64,000 nucleotides of DNA from Camelus dromedarius (taxonomy: Eukaryota): positions 94,800,001 to 94,864,000 of the forward strand of contig NC_087437.1 in assembly GCF_036321535.1 (NCBI RefSeq), given 5' to 3'. Below, piece after piece: positions 1 to 13,912 of this stretch. How positions within the stretch are numbered: the stretch's first letter is position 1; the number at the start of each line of letters is the position of its first letter. The notes under the pieces were generated by a model that was not told where the DNA came from, did no database searches, and worked only from the letters and a program-made list of their open reading frames with translations. Both the position numbers and the translations under genes were made by a program.

Positions 1-980
1 TTTGAATAAGAAGCAGTTTTTAGTTAATGAAAAGATTAAGATAATATTCCAGAGAAAGCCTGACGATGTGTGTAAGCAAATGGGTTTATGGTAGAGAGAT
101 GTCTAGAGGACAATGTGGAAGAACATCAAGACTGATTAAATATGTGTGCCCCTGAAATAAATGGGTCAAGGATAAAATATTGGGCTGTATAGTAAGAAAA
201 TACTATTGAGATGAGCAGATTTGATGTTAAGGATATAGCAGAGAAGGACTTGAGTATATTAGGGACCAGGTTTGAAGCAACGTCTGTGTCCTTACAAGAC
301 CGCAAGTACAATGGAGGCAAACAGTTAGATGTGGAACAGAGGAACACAGGAGGAAATTGCTTGCTTGAGTATGCCATTAGAATTTTGGTGACAGATTCTT
401 TTGGTCCTGCTGTTAATGTGTGTCCTCAGACCATTTAACTCTTCAAATTGCATTTCTCCCCACTGATGGACATAGATGGAAAATGAAACCTCAGCCAATG
501 AGAAAATGACAGACTCCTTATTACAATGCTCTTTGATAACAGTCAGCAATTTTACTCTAACAAAATATGTTATTTGGTTAACAGGTCATAAAACAAAAGT
601 TCAAGCTGATGTAAGTAATTGTAAATGAACTATAAGCTGTGGTTCTGGAATTTTTTTCCCCTGCAGTCATAACCATTATTCTTTGCATGTTGTTACTGCA
701 ACATAAAATTTATATTATTTTTTTACCAGGAGACTTGAGAGAAAGATAAAAGATCAATTAGGCAGCTTAGCTGTGGCATTATCCACAGTACCAGCATAGC
801 ACCCAGTTCAAATCCAAGCTTAAATCTTCCTGGGTGGGAGGAGCTACAACTGTGTCTGAATGTCGGGAGTGAGACAGTGAAAGTGGTAAAATATTTCATC
901 TACAGGAAAATTAAGAGGCAGCCATTGGTTTGAAGTTACCCTCTATGGAAGAAACCCTCAAAACAAGTCTAATTTCAAAC

Positions 981-982
981 CT

Positions 983-1022
<40 letters not shown>

Positions 1023-1026
1023 TCTC

Positions 1027-1074
<48 letters not shown>
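981..1074. repeat. Compound (CT)n(CA)n microsatellite
   Basis: Directly visible: about 60 bp of interrupted CT repeat followed by (CA)17. Confidence 0.97.
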
Positions 1075-1075
<1 letters not shown>

Positions 1076-4000
1076 GCATACATGTACGTGCCCCACACAC
1101 CCACATATTCTGGCTTGTGTGATATTTTACTGGTTTAATGCTATTTAATGCATTATGGCCTTCATTAAATTCCAGACCAGAACATGAAAAACAGAGTTTA
1201 TCTGCTTGAGGATGTAATCTGGAAATTGAGACCAGTGACACTATTACCAAAGGGTGTAGCATGTTAATTTTTTATTATTGTTTTAACAAAGAAGAGCATT
1301 TTTAATACATCTTTGAACTTCTACCATAGGCCACATTTATATTCTGGGGGAGTTTTTGACTGTCTAGGAAAATAATTTCACAGGGACTAAATTAGACTTT
1401 TCCGAAATTTGTAACTATTCTTCATAGTCTCTTACATATCAGAGCAAAACCCACCGAGAGTCCAGGAATCCCAATTTGCATTTCATAGAAAGGCACATGT
1501 TGTCTGCTATTCGAGTACCACAGCATCAAATGTCCTTGTCAAAATTTAATATCATTTCCTAAAGAGTAAAAAGACTAATAAAGCATTTCCTTTTAGTGTA
1601 ATAGAATGGTTCTACTATACAAACGAGAATAACACAAATTCTTTGTCTTTGGGTTCTACACACTTGAAGTGCTATCTAAAATGAGTAGAAATGGGAAAAA
1701 AATGTGGGGATGTGAAAGGATGATAACAGGTGAGGAGAAATAAAATACTCAACGTTAGTAATAGTAATAGATATTGGAACAGAAGGGGGGAGGTCATTTT
1801 ACTGGGCAGCTGTAGAATACTAAGGAAGCTGGTCCAATAACAGAGGTTTTGAAAGTAAGGAAAGATTGATTGTTCAACCGTGTTCCTGCATCTGGCCTCC
1901 TTGATTTCAAGCATTTCCAGATTGCTATCCAAGACTGTAACTGGGCAAACTCTGTTCTCAAGTTTGCCATTAGGAAAACACAAACACACAGCAAAACACA
2001 CACACATCAAAAGAAATCATCAGTTTGAAGTATTCTAAAGTAAGAATGCGAAATGTTGAGTTGCACTGTTATTTTTTTTTTTTTAATTTAGTCGCTATAA
2101 CTGTGCCTTATGCTTTAAAGTTGAAAGTATCGTTGTTAACCTTACCCTTTGGAATTATGACACCTCATCAAAGTGGGTCATTCAGAAAAAATAAAAACTG
2201 AGGTCATTCAAAAGGATTTCCTTACTTTCAGAAATGGAGTAATAATAGTAAATTACAAGTATCGGGGAATGTATTTTTAGGACTTTTAAACATTTCACTC
2301 AGAAAAAGGAAATGGCAGGGTTTTTTATTATTATTTCCCCTATTATTCACAGGTGCAAAGTTTGAAAATTGAGCAATATAGGATTTTTTTATTTTCAATG
2401 AAAATTACTTAGAAATCTTAAAAACAAATCAAATTAACGTATCACATAGAGTTAGCTGAATCTTAAAAAAAGTACTATAATTTAATTATATCATCTCATG
2501 CACACACAAAATAGACAGTTTGGTGTTCCTTTGTTTCATGGTGAATGACAAAGGTGTTCTTATTTATTTCCATCTGAATTCAATTTGAATTAACGATATG
2601 TATAAAACATGACTACGTACAAAAAAAGACAAAAAATAATAACTGCAGAGAAATGTAAAAGTCACTACCCCAGAACTTAACACAAGTTAACAAAATGGAA
2701 ACATGTAGATCAAAATCAAATATTACTATGTTTAATTTACTTTTCCTTTTTTTTTTTGAAATTCAGTCCACACAATGAAGTAAGAAGGGCAGGAATAAAA
2801 ATTAGAAGTAGCGGAGGTTGGGGAGGACTGAACTAGGCAAAAATGAAAAGTGAACAAGATTATAGGTCATAAACACTGGAATAAGATATGTTAACATAAA
2901 TTTTGGTGGTACCACTCACATAATAATTAAAGGGGAACCACCTGGAAGACAGGGTAACTATTTAGTCATTGTGTTTCTCATTTCTCTAGAGCCTGGAAAA
3001 CACACTTGTGAATGGAAATGCAAATGACTGGTGCGTTCTTTCAATGCTTGTGTTAGCATTTTTCAGTATCTTCATCTACATGGGACTATACAGTGATAGA
3101 AGGAAAGGAGGATCACATAGTTTGCATATATCTGGGGATGACTATATGGCCTCATGTGCCATCTGTGATTCAAACTATTCTTGTTGCCCAGGCAATAGCC
3201 AAAGCAGAGAGATTGATTGGTTATGCTATCAGATTGAATGTCAGCCTCCTAGACACAGGACAGCAGATACATCTGCAATGAAGAGCAAAACTACATAAGT
3301 TCAAAATATTTCAAAATTCTTATGTATATAATTTAATTCAGATGTCAAACCAGTCTCTTATGCATCCTCATCAACAAACCGAAGAACTTAGTGTTATTGT
3401 TACATGCTGTCATAATGCTAAATTTTTATAGGATTGAGCAATTCATTGTGCTCTGGAAACCTTCCCAAAATTGGCAGGCAAAAGGACATGTATGGACGGT
3501 GAGGTCACTACTTGCATGGAAAAGATGATGGAGAAATGTTTAGAAAAGTAACTTACTGTTTTGTGTTCATTGTGGTTGAACTTTATATAGCAGAGTATAA
3601 AATGGTTTCTACCCATCTTTGTAAGTTTTGTGGATTTGAAAAGTTATGTACCAGATAATGAAATCCTTATGTTTATCTGGAATTTATAAAATGATGATCA
3701 ACTCTAATTACTTTCTGTTCAGGTATAGGTTGTGGTATTATTATTATTATTACACTGTAAATATTATATATGTTTATACGTATTTATTTTGTGATCCCAC
3801 ATTTCTTCCTTGGGCAGCCTTTTGGAAATGCCTCTTTTGAGTTTAAAACCCATTCATTTCTCGTACCTCCATCCTGTTTCTCCACAGCTCCGGAACAAAC
3901 ACATGAGTTTAAATCCAGATGAGTAATTGAGGTCGGTGTGCATGAGTCCAGGGGGTTTTACTACAAGTATAAATAAGCTTCCAGTTCTTTGCTGTTGAAC

Positions 4001-6849
4001 CTGATTTTCCTCTGCTTCTGTGTAGCATTTAATACAAGGGGAAAAATTGAGTATAACTGTGTTTCCATGAACAATTTCTTCAAAATATCAATAAAGTAGA
4101 GAAAATTATTAGACATTTGCAGGAAGGTGTCCCTGGGAAGTAAAGGATGTTCACTTTGGGGCTTGTTTGTGGATTCAACTCTTTCATAGTTGATTACTTT
4201 ATTTATATTTTGGAGGCTGTAGCTTTTATGCTTAGGTATCCACAACTTACAATTTTAGACATCGCTAACATTGAAATCACTTGCCAAAATCATCCACAAA
4301 TAATGCAAATGAAATTGGCATGCTGTCCCTCCCTTTGTCATATTTTTTCATTATGTCTAACCTCTTCCTTCACCTTGTCTGTCCTTCATTTTTTTGTATT
4401 TCATAAAGTTATGTTACCAAATGTTAATATCTTATGGTAAACCACTATGAATAATGAAATTTAAACATATTTACACATTTGTCTCAAAGATCCAGTATAT
4501 TAAGTTTATATTATCTGACTTCTTGGAATTTTAGGCCTTATATGTGTTAGGTTATTGAGAGACACAAGGCTGTAATGGTCTTTGCAAAATATTACCCAAT
4601 TTCCTGTATCCTCTCCCTTAGGATGAATTTCACAAAATGTCTGCAGAGCTAAGGAAAAATCCAAGGCTTTGATATGTCTCCTTGGCCCTGCTTCCTGTTT
4701 TATTGCACAGCTTTCTTGAATGGTCCCATGATCAAGAATTCTTTCATGCCTCTGGGTACCAGACAAGAGATGATCACGAAGGGGCCAGAACACATTCCTT
4801 GCATTTCTAATTTTAGGCACAGATTTAAGTGTATGGTTAAAATGAGACACTAGTTTTCTGGGTTTAAAGGGCTATTCTGTGCAAAGTAACTCTGCAACCT
4901 TTGACCTATTTAGTAATGCTTTGGGAAATTACAATCATATACAGGTGCAGGCAATATGGTAAGAAAAACACTGCCGAAGTTGGTTTGCTTTCCACAATTT
5001 CATGTCCTTCCAAGGGGGCTATAGATTTTTAAGTCAAGTGAGTGTGAGATTTAATAACTCTTCTCCCCCTTGCCGGTTTTCTTGTAGCTAAAATATTACC
5101 TTTGAGTAGCTTTAATCAGTTAGCCATACATAGGCTTTTTGAATAAATGTATTTGAATAACATATTGATTTATAAATCACTAGGAATGTTAAAATATAAT
5201 TCTCAATATGTTCAGTTATTCAACAGTACCTAATATAATAACCTAAAAATCAAACCAACTAGTGAAACGAGCTTTATAGATATAAGTAGGCATGGGAAAT
5301 ATTTTAAAAAATGGGAATAACATGAAACAAACTTATGTAGCAAAATACATGAGTAAAGAGTTCTTTTTTAAAGCTTTACTTTCTCACCTATTGTAACTAT
5401 TCTAATAATTAAGTTAGAAGTTAATTTTATTCCCTTTATCCATGGCTTCACTTTTTTATCACCTTATTTTTATTACAAATAAAGACTCATAAATTCAGAA
5501 GATTAATCAATCACCATATTAATACATTTTCTTTACTCACAATCTCCTTTCAATCAAATACAGACTTTCTTATAAAAATAACTAAACTGTTTGTTAGATT
5601 TTGTTAATTTTATACTTAGCTTGATAGTATTTTTATGTCAATTTTAACTTAAAATTATACTTTCAAAACTTGTTCACTATTTTTCTCTCAGTTAACCTTT
5701 ATGAAGCAACTATTTTACAACAATTACCAAAATTGAGACATAGGTTAGTATTTTATACCACAAAGTACTTTTTACTATAAACATACATTTATTTTAAATA
5801 ATAAAGAATAGTTCCTATATTATTAACCCATGGCCTTTTAAAAGATACATTTAAGAAATATTTCATGTTATCATATTACCTTTGGGCAATGATTATCCAT
5901 ACCAAGAAGAAATGGACACTTGTTCTGAGTATTTTTTCAACACTTTTTTTTTCACTATTCTCAAGCCTTCAGTTCATCACAAACTAGAAAATAAAGAACA
6001 TTCACAGATTTAGAGCAGCAAATTGGGTAAATTCAAGAGAAATATTTATTCCAAATGTGATCCCAACTGTGTATGTGTGGGTGTGTGTTGGTGGATGTAT
6101 CACATGAAAGAACCCTCATCAGTATTCTGGAACTTCAGAGCAGGATGCCCCTTTCATAACTCATGGATAAATGTGGACCCTCTTGGACACCCACTCTTTG
6201 AAAGTGAGAAGAATGCCTACTCAGAGCTAGCAGATTGAATGGGAATGTGGGAGAGAAAAAAAGAGCAATCCTGCAATTTTCTTAAAACATAAAATCTAAA
6301 CTTTCTTCATATCCCTGAGGTAATTAGATCAAGCCTGAAAACATTTGATATACTGAACCGTATTATTTTATTTAATCCATATTGTTAGGACTCTGAGATG
6401 GAAATAAGTGAAAAATACAGTACAGATTCTTGAGACACATTAAAGGAAACAGAATTTTTGAAGTCTGAAAAGGAATTGAGGCATGTACTTGTTAGTTGGG
6501 TATGAAGAGTTATTTAGAATTACCCTGGAACTTATTCACAAGGCACCAAGTGTACGTAGGTACAAAAAGACACATGTTTAAGATTTCTAATTTTCACAAG
6601 GTTATTTCTGTTCCTTTCTGGCTGAGTTGTGTATCAGTTTCCCTTTAGAAATAATACGAAAATACTCTAATCAACCTAGGCTGTCTCACATGTGTATAAT
6701 TACATTTTTTTTGAAATTTTAATTATTAGTTAATTATTCTCCATTCTTCAATGATATCCTCCCTTGTGCAGAGGTGCTGTCTTAAATTATGGAAAGACCA
6801 AAGGACTCTAGTGCCAAAGGTCTACACTTTATCCATTGTTCTTCCTCTT

Positions 6850-7260
6850 AATAGCTGAATTATATATCTTTCTGTCTGCTGTCCTTATCCTCTTGAGGCA
6901 CAGCAAAAACTCAGTATCTAAAATTGACCTCATCTTATGCCAGATCTCAACTAATAAACTTAGTAACACATCTACCAAATTCTCTGAGCCAGAAGCCTGT
7001 GATCTTTGAATTCTCATTTTTTCCCTTTTCCCACAGACCCAGTCAGTCAAGAGACCTACAAATTTCACTTCCTAAATATTTTTCAAATTCATCCCATGTC
7101 TCCCACTTCTTCTGTCACTTCTGTTCAGGTGCTCATCCTATCTTTCCTGGACTTTGATTTTACTGTTTCCCACCATGAAAGTTCTGTGAAAGCAGCATCT
7201 TACCTGTATCACTCACTTCCATCAGTCACTGGTACAAAAACATCTTGGTTGAATGAACCA
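6850..7260 (+). mobile_element. L2 LINE fragment (3' region)
   Basis: Degenerate L2 motifs: ctcagtatctaaaattgacctc, tctgagccagaagcctg, cagtcagtcaagagacctacaaatttcacttcctaaata, ending near ttgaatgaa. Confidence 0.7.
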
Positions 7261-7364
7261 TTGGGTGGGTAAAGAAAGGGTTCCATTTTGGGGGCTCATG
7301 CACACTGGCTCATCCTGCACCCTGTATCCTGAGGGTCCTTTTCTCTTTTCTTCACTGTTACGCT

Positions 7365-7640
7365 ACCTTCAAAACTTGGTTAAGAGTTCATCACCCACAG
7401 AAAATCCTCCCTGAATAACTATGTTAAGCTAAGTGTATTCCCCATTGCACACCAACTATTTTTATCTTAGCACCTACCATATTTTATTGAATTTTTTGCT
7501 TCACGTGTATGTCTCTACCTCTAGACCACTGACTCCTTGAAAAAACCCTTGTTCACCTTTGAATTTCCAGCACAGTGGCAGGGTCAAATATACTCAGGGC
7601 TCACTATTTCTTAAATAAACACTGAACAAATGGATGAATG
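7365..7640 (+). mobile_element. L2 3' end fragment
   Basis: ctagaccactgactccttga...ttgttcacctttgaatttccagcacagtg...tgaacaaatggatgaatg resembles the L2 3' terminus with its (TGAA)n-like tail. Confidence 0.7.
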
Positions 7641-9308
7641 GTCCCAGTTTGTTGCCTAGAAAAATACCATACACATAAAAATACATCAAAAATAGTTTAA
7701 CTTAATTGGCTTGAAACATATTACCATGGGCCTCTTCCTCGATATTTCCAAGGTTCAGTTTCATTACCTGCAAAAAAAGATGTTTGCTTCCTCTGACAAC
7801 TGCACAAAGTTACCTACGTATATGAATAAGTGCAATGACTTTTCTCTCAACTGCATAAAATTGAACAAATTTAGTTATTATCAATTTAAATAGAGTGCAA
7901 AGCAATGTAAGGTATTTATTAGCAATACACCTGATGTTATTAAATGCACTAAAATTCAGTCTAATTAACTTTAGATTAAATTAAAAATTAAAAATTGAGC
8001 ACAGAACATCACAATATAAATTTCCATATGTTGCATAAAATGTTTATTTTTTTTCCAGGAACATGTTATTTTTCACAGTCACCCCATTTACTGCATTTTT
8101 AAATTTGTCTTAGTTTTAAAAAGATAAGAAAGTATTCCCAACATCTGATTTTAAAATATGTGAAGTAGAAAAAATATATCAAAAAAACATAGAGATACAT
8201 TTTGACTTTGAAATGCATATATTGCTTTTAATGAATTTCTTATAGCTTTCATGTTACCCCCAAAACAGATTCTTATATTTTACTTTAATCAAAGCTTTTC
8301 TACTCCAAAACAGCATATCCACCAATGTAAGCTTTTCAAGCACGGAAGCTCAGTATCCACCTATTGCCTTAACTTCTATTTCAGGAAAGAATGCCTACGT
8401 TAGACATTTGGTATTAAAAAAATCTATTGTTTGGAGTATTACTTTTACTAATTGGAATATTCTGAAACAACAATTCAAAAACCAAATTTAAAATTAGAAG
8501 ACAGTGAATAAATGTAATGGTAACGTAGGAGGAAATCCTAACTCCGCATTTCCATAGTAATCCTAGTTTAGACCATGATCCCTTCCCCCGAACAGCTGTG
8601 GTTAGTTGTATTTTCAACCATCTTTCTCTGTTTGACTTGTGGGTCTTGAAAGTAGATAATGAGGGCTTATCTACCCACTGTGTGTGTGTGTGTGCTGCCT
8701 TAAGTGTGTTTGATTTTTAACATGTAAATGTAGATCCTGCCTAATCTTTAAGTAATGTAATCACAGAATTACATTCACAACTCTCACTGTTTTTCTCATT
8801 AGCTAATAACTATTGGATGCAAAGATTCTGTATATCCCAAAGGTAATGTCTTCACTTTTTTATGTTGGAAATCTTCCTTCTTTATGCTTTCATACATTTT
8901 TTCCTTTTCCCCAGTACACATTAAACTGCATGGCATATTACAGGTGCTCAGTAAATCCTTTTTGAATGTTAAGACACTTGCTCTTTTAAAATAGATCCAG
9001 TCTTCTATTTGTTTTTGTATTCCTTAACATCTTGATTGCAGTTATAGGTGTATACAGCTCCACACACTCATTTATACTTAGGTTGCTGTATTATATATTA
9101 GGTAAATTTCCATATCATCATTTTTACTTGATAATTTATTCCAGAATCCATATTTCAAAATATATTGGAACATAAATGATTAATTTTGAAAGTTTGATAA
9201 TTAAGGGCTTAAAGTGTAGTTGTTACTTATTCAATCATCCATTAATTTAACAATTACTAATTTAGTAACTCCAGTGTACCAGAATGTTGTTACAAATGCT
9301 GAGAATCT

Positions 9309-9530
9309 TTCTTTTTATTCTTATTTTTTATTGAAATGTAATCAATTTACAGTGTTAGTTTCAGGTGTACAGCAAAGTGATTCAGTTACACATATGCATA
9401 CTAATATTTTTTTTTCAGTTTCTTTTCTATTAAGGCTCATTACAAAAAATTGATTACAGCTCCCTGTGCTATACAGTAGATCCTTGTTTATTTTGTATAT
9501 AGTAGTTTTTGTCTGCTAAACTCAAACTCC
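9309..9530 (-). mobile_element. L1 3' UTR fragment (artiodactyl-type)
   Basis: Poly-T, then tttattgaaatgtaatcaatttacagtgttagtttcaggtgtacagcaaagtgattcagtta...ccctgtgctatacagtag: reverse complement of an L1 3' end with its polyA signal. Confidence 0.85.
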
Positions 9531-10629
9531 TATAACCCCGATGAAACTAGTGGTAGAATCGTAAAAGCTATACATAAATACATGCATGCATACTTACATA
9601 CATAGCACTGTAGTCTCACTGAGGAGGAAGGGACTAGTTCTTCGTGAGAGTTAAGAAAGTTTTGTGTGGGAGGCAATCGGTAACTTAAAGCAGTAACTTA
9701 AAGGATCCATAAGAGTTTGCTGGGCAGGAAAGAGGGGGAAGCCATTGTAGGCAGAGGGAAATTGTGCAATATACATTTAAGAAGTAATAGTTGCCACCAG
9801 CAGTTCTCTTTTGAATGTCCTCACATTTTTCATTTGCAAAATTTATTTAAGCCACTTTATTATGGCAAGAGCTTCAACCATCAGTTGGATTAGTTGATTT
9901 GGTCTGTTCTGTATCTGAGCCAGCTGCAGTGTTAGCAACAAGAAAAAAGAGGCTATTCCCAGTGTTGAATTATTTGAAGGAGGACCAGTGCTTATGAACA
10001 AAAGGACACTGAAGGGACCTGAAAAATAAGAATAACCTTGACAGATCTGGTCATATATTTGCTTCCTAATAATAAATTCTAGTAATAGTTTGTTTACACA
10101 TGTTGAGTTTTCCTCAGAGATGAGGTGAAATAAAGACTGCATGACACACAACAGCCTAGTAATTTGTTTTGAAAACACGTATGTTTACAGCTTACTTTCC
10201 TACCTGCTGCTAAATAATAAAACTGGTAAGATATTTGGCTATGGCATGATAATATTATTTCTTCTTGATCTAAAACTCCATGATTTCCATAGCAATTTAA
10301 ATGTTAATATAAAGGGTCATATTATAATAATAGTGGTAAGTATTTTGAGTGAATGATACAAACTGTTTCCTATGAAATATTATTCTTTCTTTTATGTTAA
10401 AAATAAATACTTGGATAAATATGATTATATTACATATTATATGTGTGTGTGTGTGTGTTTATTTATTTACTTAGATACATCTGATTATATTTTACCAGTG
10501 TTTAGAAAGTATCATTTAACTATTCATCCAGCCAGAAAGCCTTCTCTAGCTGCATTGTAGCCCAGGGAGATTTATATGCATGCATCCAAGAACACTCTAT
10601 TGCAAATGGACCAAACTAACCGGCTTAAA

Positions 10630-10915
10630 CAGAGATCGTAAATTGGCATCCCTGTAGCTAAATATGGCTGGCAGATGTATTTTGTTTTACCTGAACCATT
10701 TCTGAACAAGGGAAAAAGGCAGGAATTTAATAATTAGAAGACATCAAGCTAAAATTCTGATTTCTGGATTCTCTTGCAATAAGGAAAGATCTGAGAGTCC
10801 TGGCCTGACTTCCTTCATGGCAACAATTCAGGGGGAGCTGAGTTGAAAAACCATCTGCTTGCCTTTTAGTAATGGAACCACTTAAGTTTGCTTAGTCCTT
10901 TCTGGGCCACTACAC
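10630..10915 (-). mobile_element. MER102-like hAT-Charlie DNA transposon relic
   Basis: ggcagatgtattttgttt...ctgatttctggattctcttg...gatctg...catggcaacaattcagggggagctgagt matches the recalled MER102 consensus. Orientation is opposite to the copy at 56.5 kb. Confidence 0.65.
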
Positions 10916-10918
10916 TAA

Positions 10919-10922
10919 CTTT

Positions 10923-10983
<61 letters not shown>

Positions 10984-11040
10984 TCTTTTCTTTTCTTCCT
11001 TTCTTTTCTTTTCTTCCTTCCTTTCTTCCTTCCTTTCTTC

Positions 11041-11075
<35 letters not shown>

Positions 11076-11107
11076 TTTTCTTTTCTTTTCTTTTCTTTCT
11101 TTCTTTC

Positions 11108-11163
<56 letters not shown>

Positions 11164-11312
11164 TTTCTTTCTTTCTTTCTTCCTTCCTTCCTGCCTTCCT
11201 GCCTTCCTTCCTTCCTTCCCTCCTGCCTTCCTTCCTTCCTTCCCTCCTTCCTTCCTTCCTTCCTTCCTTCCTTCTTTCTTTCTTTCTTTCTTTCTTTTCT
11301 TTTCTTTCTTTC
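10919..11312. repeat. ~390-bp polypyrimidine (TTTC)n/(TTCC)n compound microsatellite
   Basis: Directly visible; almost entirely C/T on the + strand. It accounts for the spurious ORFs 10888..11334 and 10910..11377. Confidence 0.98.
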
Positions 11313-12357
11313 AAAATTCTGGTACTTTCTTTAATACTAAAGTCATAAATGTGAAATATATTTTCTCCCAGGCACACCTATTGAAGATCTCATTGCTAGT
11401 AGTATTAAAACCATGAGATCATGCCACAATTTAATATGCTAAGAGACTCTTCTAAAATAAAACAAAAGGGGGAAAAACACTTCCATAACTTTTAAATCCC
11501 ATGAAATTGTGTGTACACGAGTGCAGGTGTGTTTGTGTGTAAACACATTGTATTTTTAACCTAGCCAGATTCCTCAAGGGACATCAGTGCTTCTCCTGTC
11601 TTCCTTTTCACGTCCAGTTAGGTGGTTGTTAACCTGTAAGGAGGCAAAATATGAAACTGCATCACCCAAATGTTATCTTTGCAGCATCAGACACTCTGTA
11701 TACTGATGAATGTGTCTCTTCACAGGCTTTCTTTACGGCAAGAGCCTTTCAGATGGCTACTCTTTTAGGAAAAGATTTGGATGCATTTTTATGTGTCACT
11801 TAAAACAATTCTGTAAACACCGCAGTAGTGCATTGAAAGTCTCATTCTAAAAGTAACATGATACGGAATCTACGATTTTAGGTTGGAAATAGCTCTTTCA
11901 CTCTCTGTTTATGGGAGTTGTTTTGATTTTGAGTCTTCTGCCAGAGTAAATACATCTGCAGCTCATATTCCACAGTATCTCAGGGAAGAACAGTCTCAAA
12001 TTTTGTTAAAAAAACAGTGCTAATTACCTTGTTAGCTCCCATATGTCCCTTTGAGGTTTCACAGACACATTTTTAATTTTCAGCAAAGTCTTGAAGCTCA
12101 CCTTTAAAAAAACTGGCAAGGTGCAAAGAATAGACCCTCATGAAAGCATGGAACCGATGGAATTGATGTTCTCAGTGCCGTTGTATTATTGACATTAGTC
12201 CTTATAGGTAAAATCCTTCCAACTAAACTGGGTTGCTAGCGCTACGCATATTTCTCCCCTTTGTCTCCAAACACTACAAATCTACACGCACTCTTCTGTG
12301 TGACCATATTACACAAAGGAAAGTGGCGATAAGTGGTATCATGTAAGTGAAATAGAG

Positions 12358-12475
12358 CTCATTCATATTCATTCATTAAGATACTGGGCTTATTTTGAGA
12401 CGGGCACTATGCCATACACTTAAAATCCTAAGATGAACATGACACTGGTCTTGTTCTCTCGGGAAAATTATAAGC
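12358..12475 (-). mobile_element. L2 3' end fragment
   Basis: cattcatattcattcatt...gggcactatgc...aagatgaacatgacactggtcttgttctc resembles the reverse L2 terminus. Confidence 0.55.
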
Positions 12476-13912
12476 TGATGTCACTTCTTATTTCCCTTCA
12501 TATTTAATATCACATTCCCCTCTGAATAAATATGAAGCCCAGAAAATAGAAACATGACACATACACATATTTAGAGGTTAACTGTAGATATCAGGCTGTT
12601 TTTACACACATCTGTTTTCCTAGTTGGAAGAAAAATTCATCTTCCACTAACTGTTTAGGGTATGGTTGAATAAATGCAACTCTCTTGAACTTGGTCAGTG
12701 TTTCAGAAAGAGGACTAGAAAGGATATTGCAGTTCATATCTATAAAGATAAAGGTTAATGTTGTACCACATTTTTATTATATCATTCCATATTTAATATA
12801 ATATGTGATATTATATTATTATATTTGAAATACTTTAAAATGTATTAATAATAAGCAGACATTGTGTGAGCAAACATCATTAATTCTGGTATTTTAGGAT
12901 CAGAATATTATCAGTTTGACCAGTACTCAGATTCTTTGTCAGTCAGTTGATTTCCCCCTGCAGGGGTGGTTGGGATAAGACTGATGCAGGTGGTGTCAGC
13001 CAAGCTGAGTAATACAAGGTTAGGGACCGAGAGTTTGAGGAAATAGTTAAGCTATGTGATTATCTAAAGGAGGTGAAATCAAGTGGCAAATGCAAACCAA
13101 GTTACACTGCAGTGAATCAAACCAAGAAAACACCTTGATTTGGGGTCAAGCATGAGCTTGATACCAAAAGGTAAGTTTGAAACCAAGATGGTATGTAAAA
13201 GGAGAAGTGAAGCTATTAAAGTCAAACTATCAACTAGGTCAGTATGGCCAAACCATACTGTTAATATCTCATCAACTGACACAGATGGGGGCAGAACATT
13301 CCCAAATATTTAAATGAAGGTGTTTCTGGTTTCAAGATTTAAAAAAGTGAAATATTATCTTCAATGCAACTTTGAACTTATGGAATAAAAGTTTGGTATT
13401 GTAGTAAAGATTTGTTTGTTTAAATCCAGATTTTTGGTGTGTATGTATCCTGAAGTATCAAAGGAATAGGTGCCTGATGAAATGATAAGATTTGTTTGAT
13501 AGCTTATTTCCAATTAAGGGAAGGATAGCATTTCTTCCAGAACTCAAAACCACTAGAAAGGAGCCTTGTCATAATGTATCTGTGATTGTTATTCTTTGCA
13601 CACAATCTTTTGCAAGTGAACTTGACTGTGAACTTTTCTGATTGTTTTCCTTTTTGGTTCATGGGCAGTGAATGATTAGAAATACATCATTCTCCTAATT
13701 TAACCTGAAATATGATTTCCCCAAGCATAATGAATGACTCTTATAAATTATATATCCCTAAACCACTGGTTGATGTTCATCAGATTTCTGTTTCACTAAT
13801 TTTGGTGTTCTTGTATCATACCAAATAAGAAATAATCAAAATTTGATCAAATTGAAAATTATATTCAAAATAATAAGCAGTTGTGGAAATATGGTACAAT
13901 TACAGGAGGGGT

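Noticed and set aside
930..1262. ORFs with SLSL/HTHT and VCVC/ERER runs
   Set aside because: Translations of the (CT)n(CA)n repeat.
4770..4782. 13-nt match ATGATCACGAAGG to U1 snRNA
   Set aside because: The flanks do not continue the U1 sequence; consistent with chance.
10888..11377. Long ORFs of 148 aa (+) and 155 aa (-)
   Set aside because: Translations of the (TTTC)n/(TTCC)n microsatellite; low complexity and stop-free by composition.
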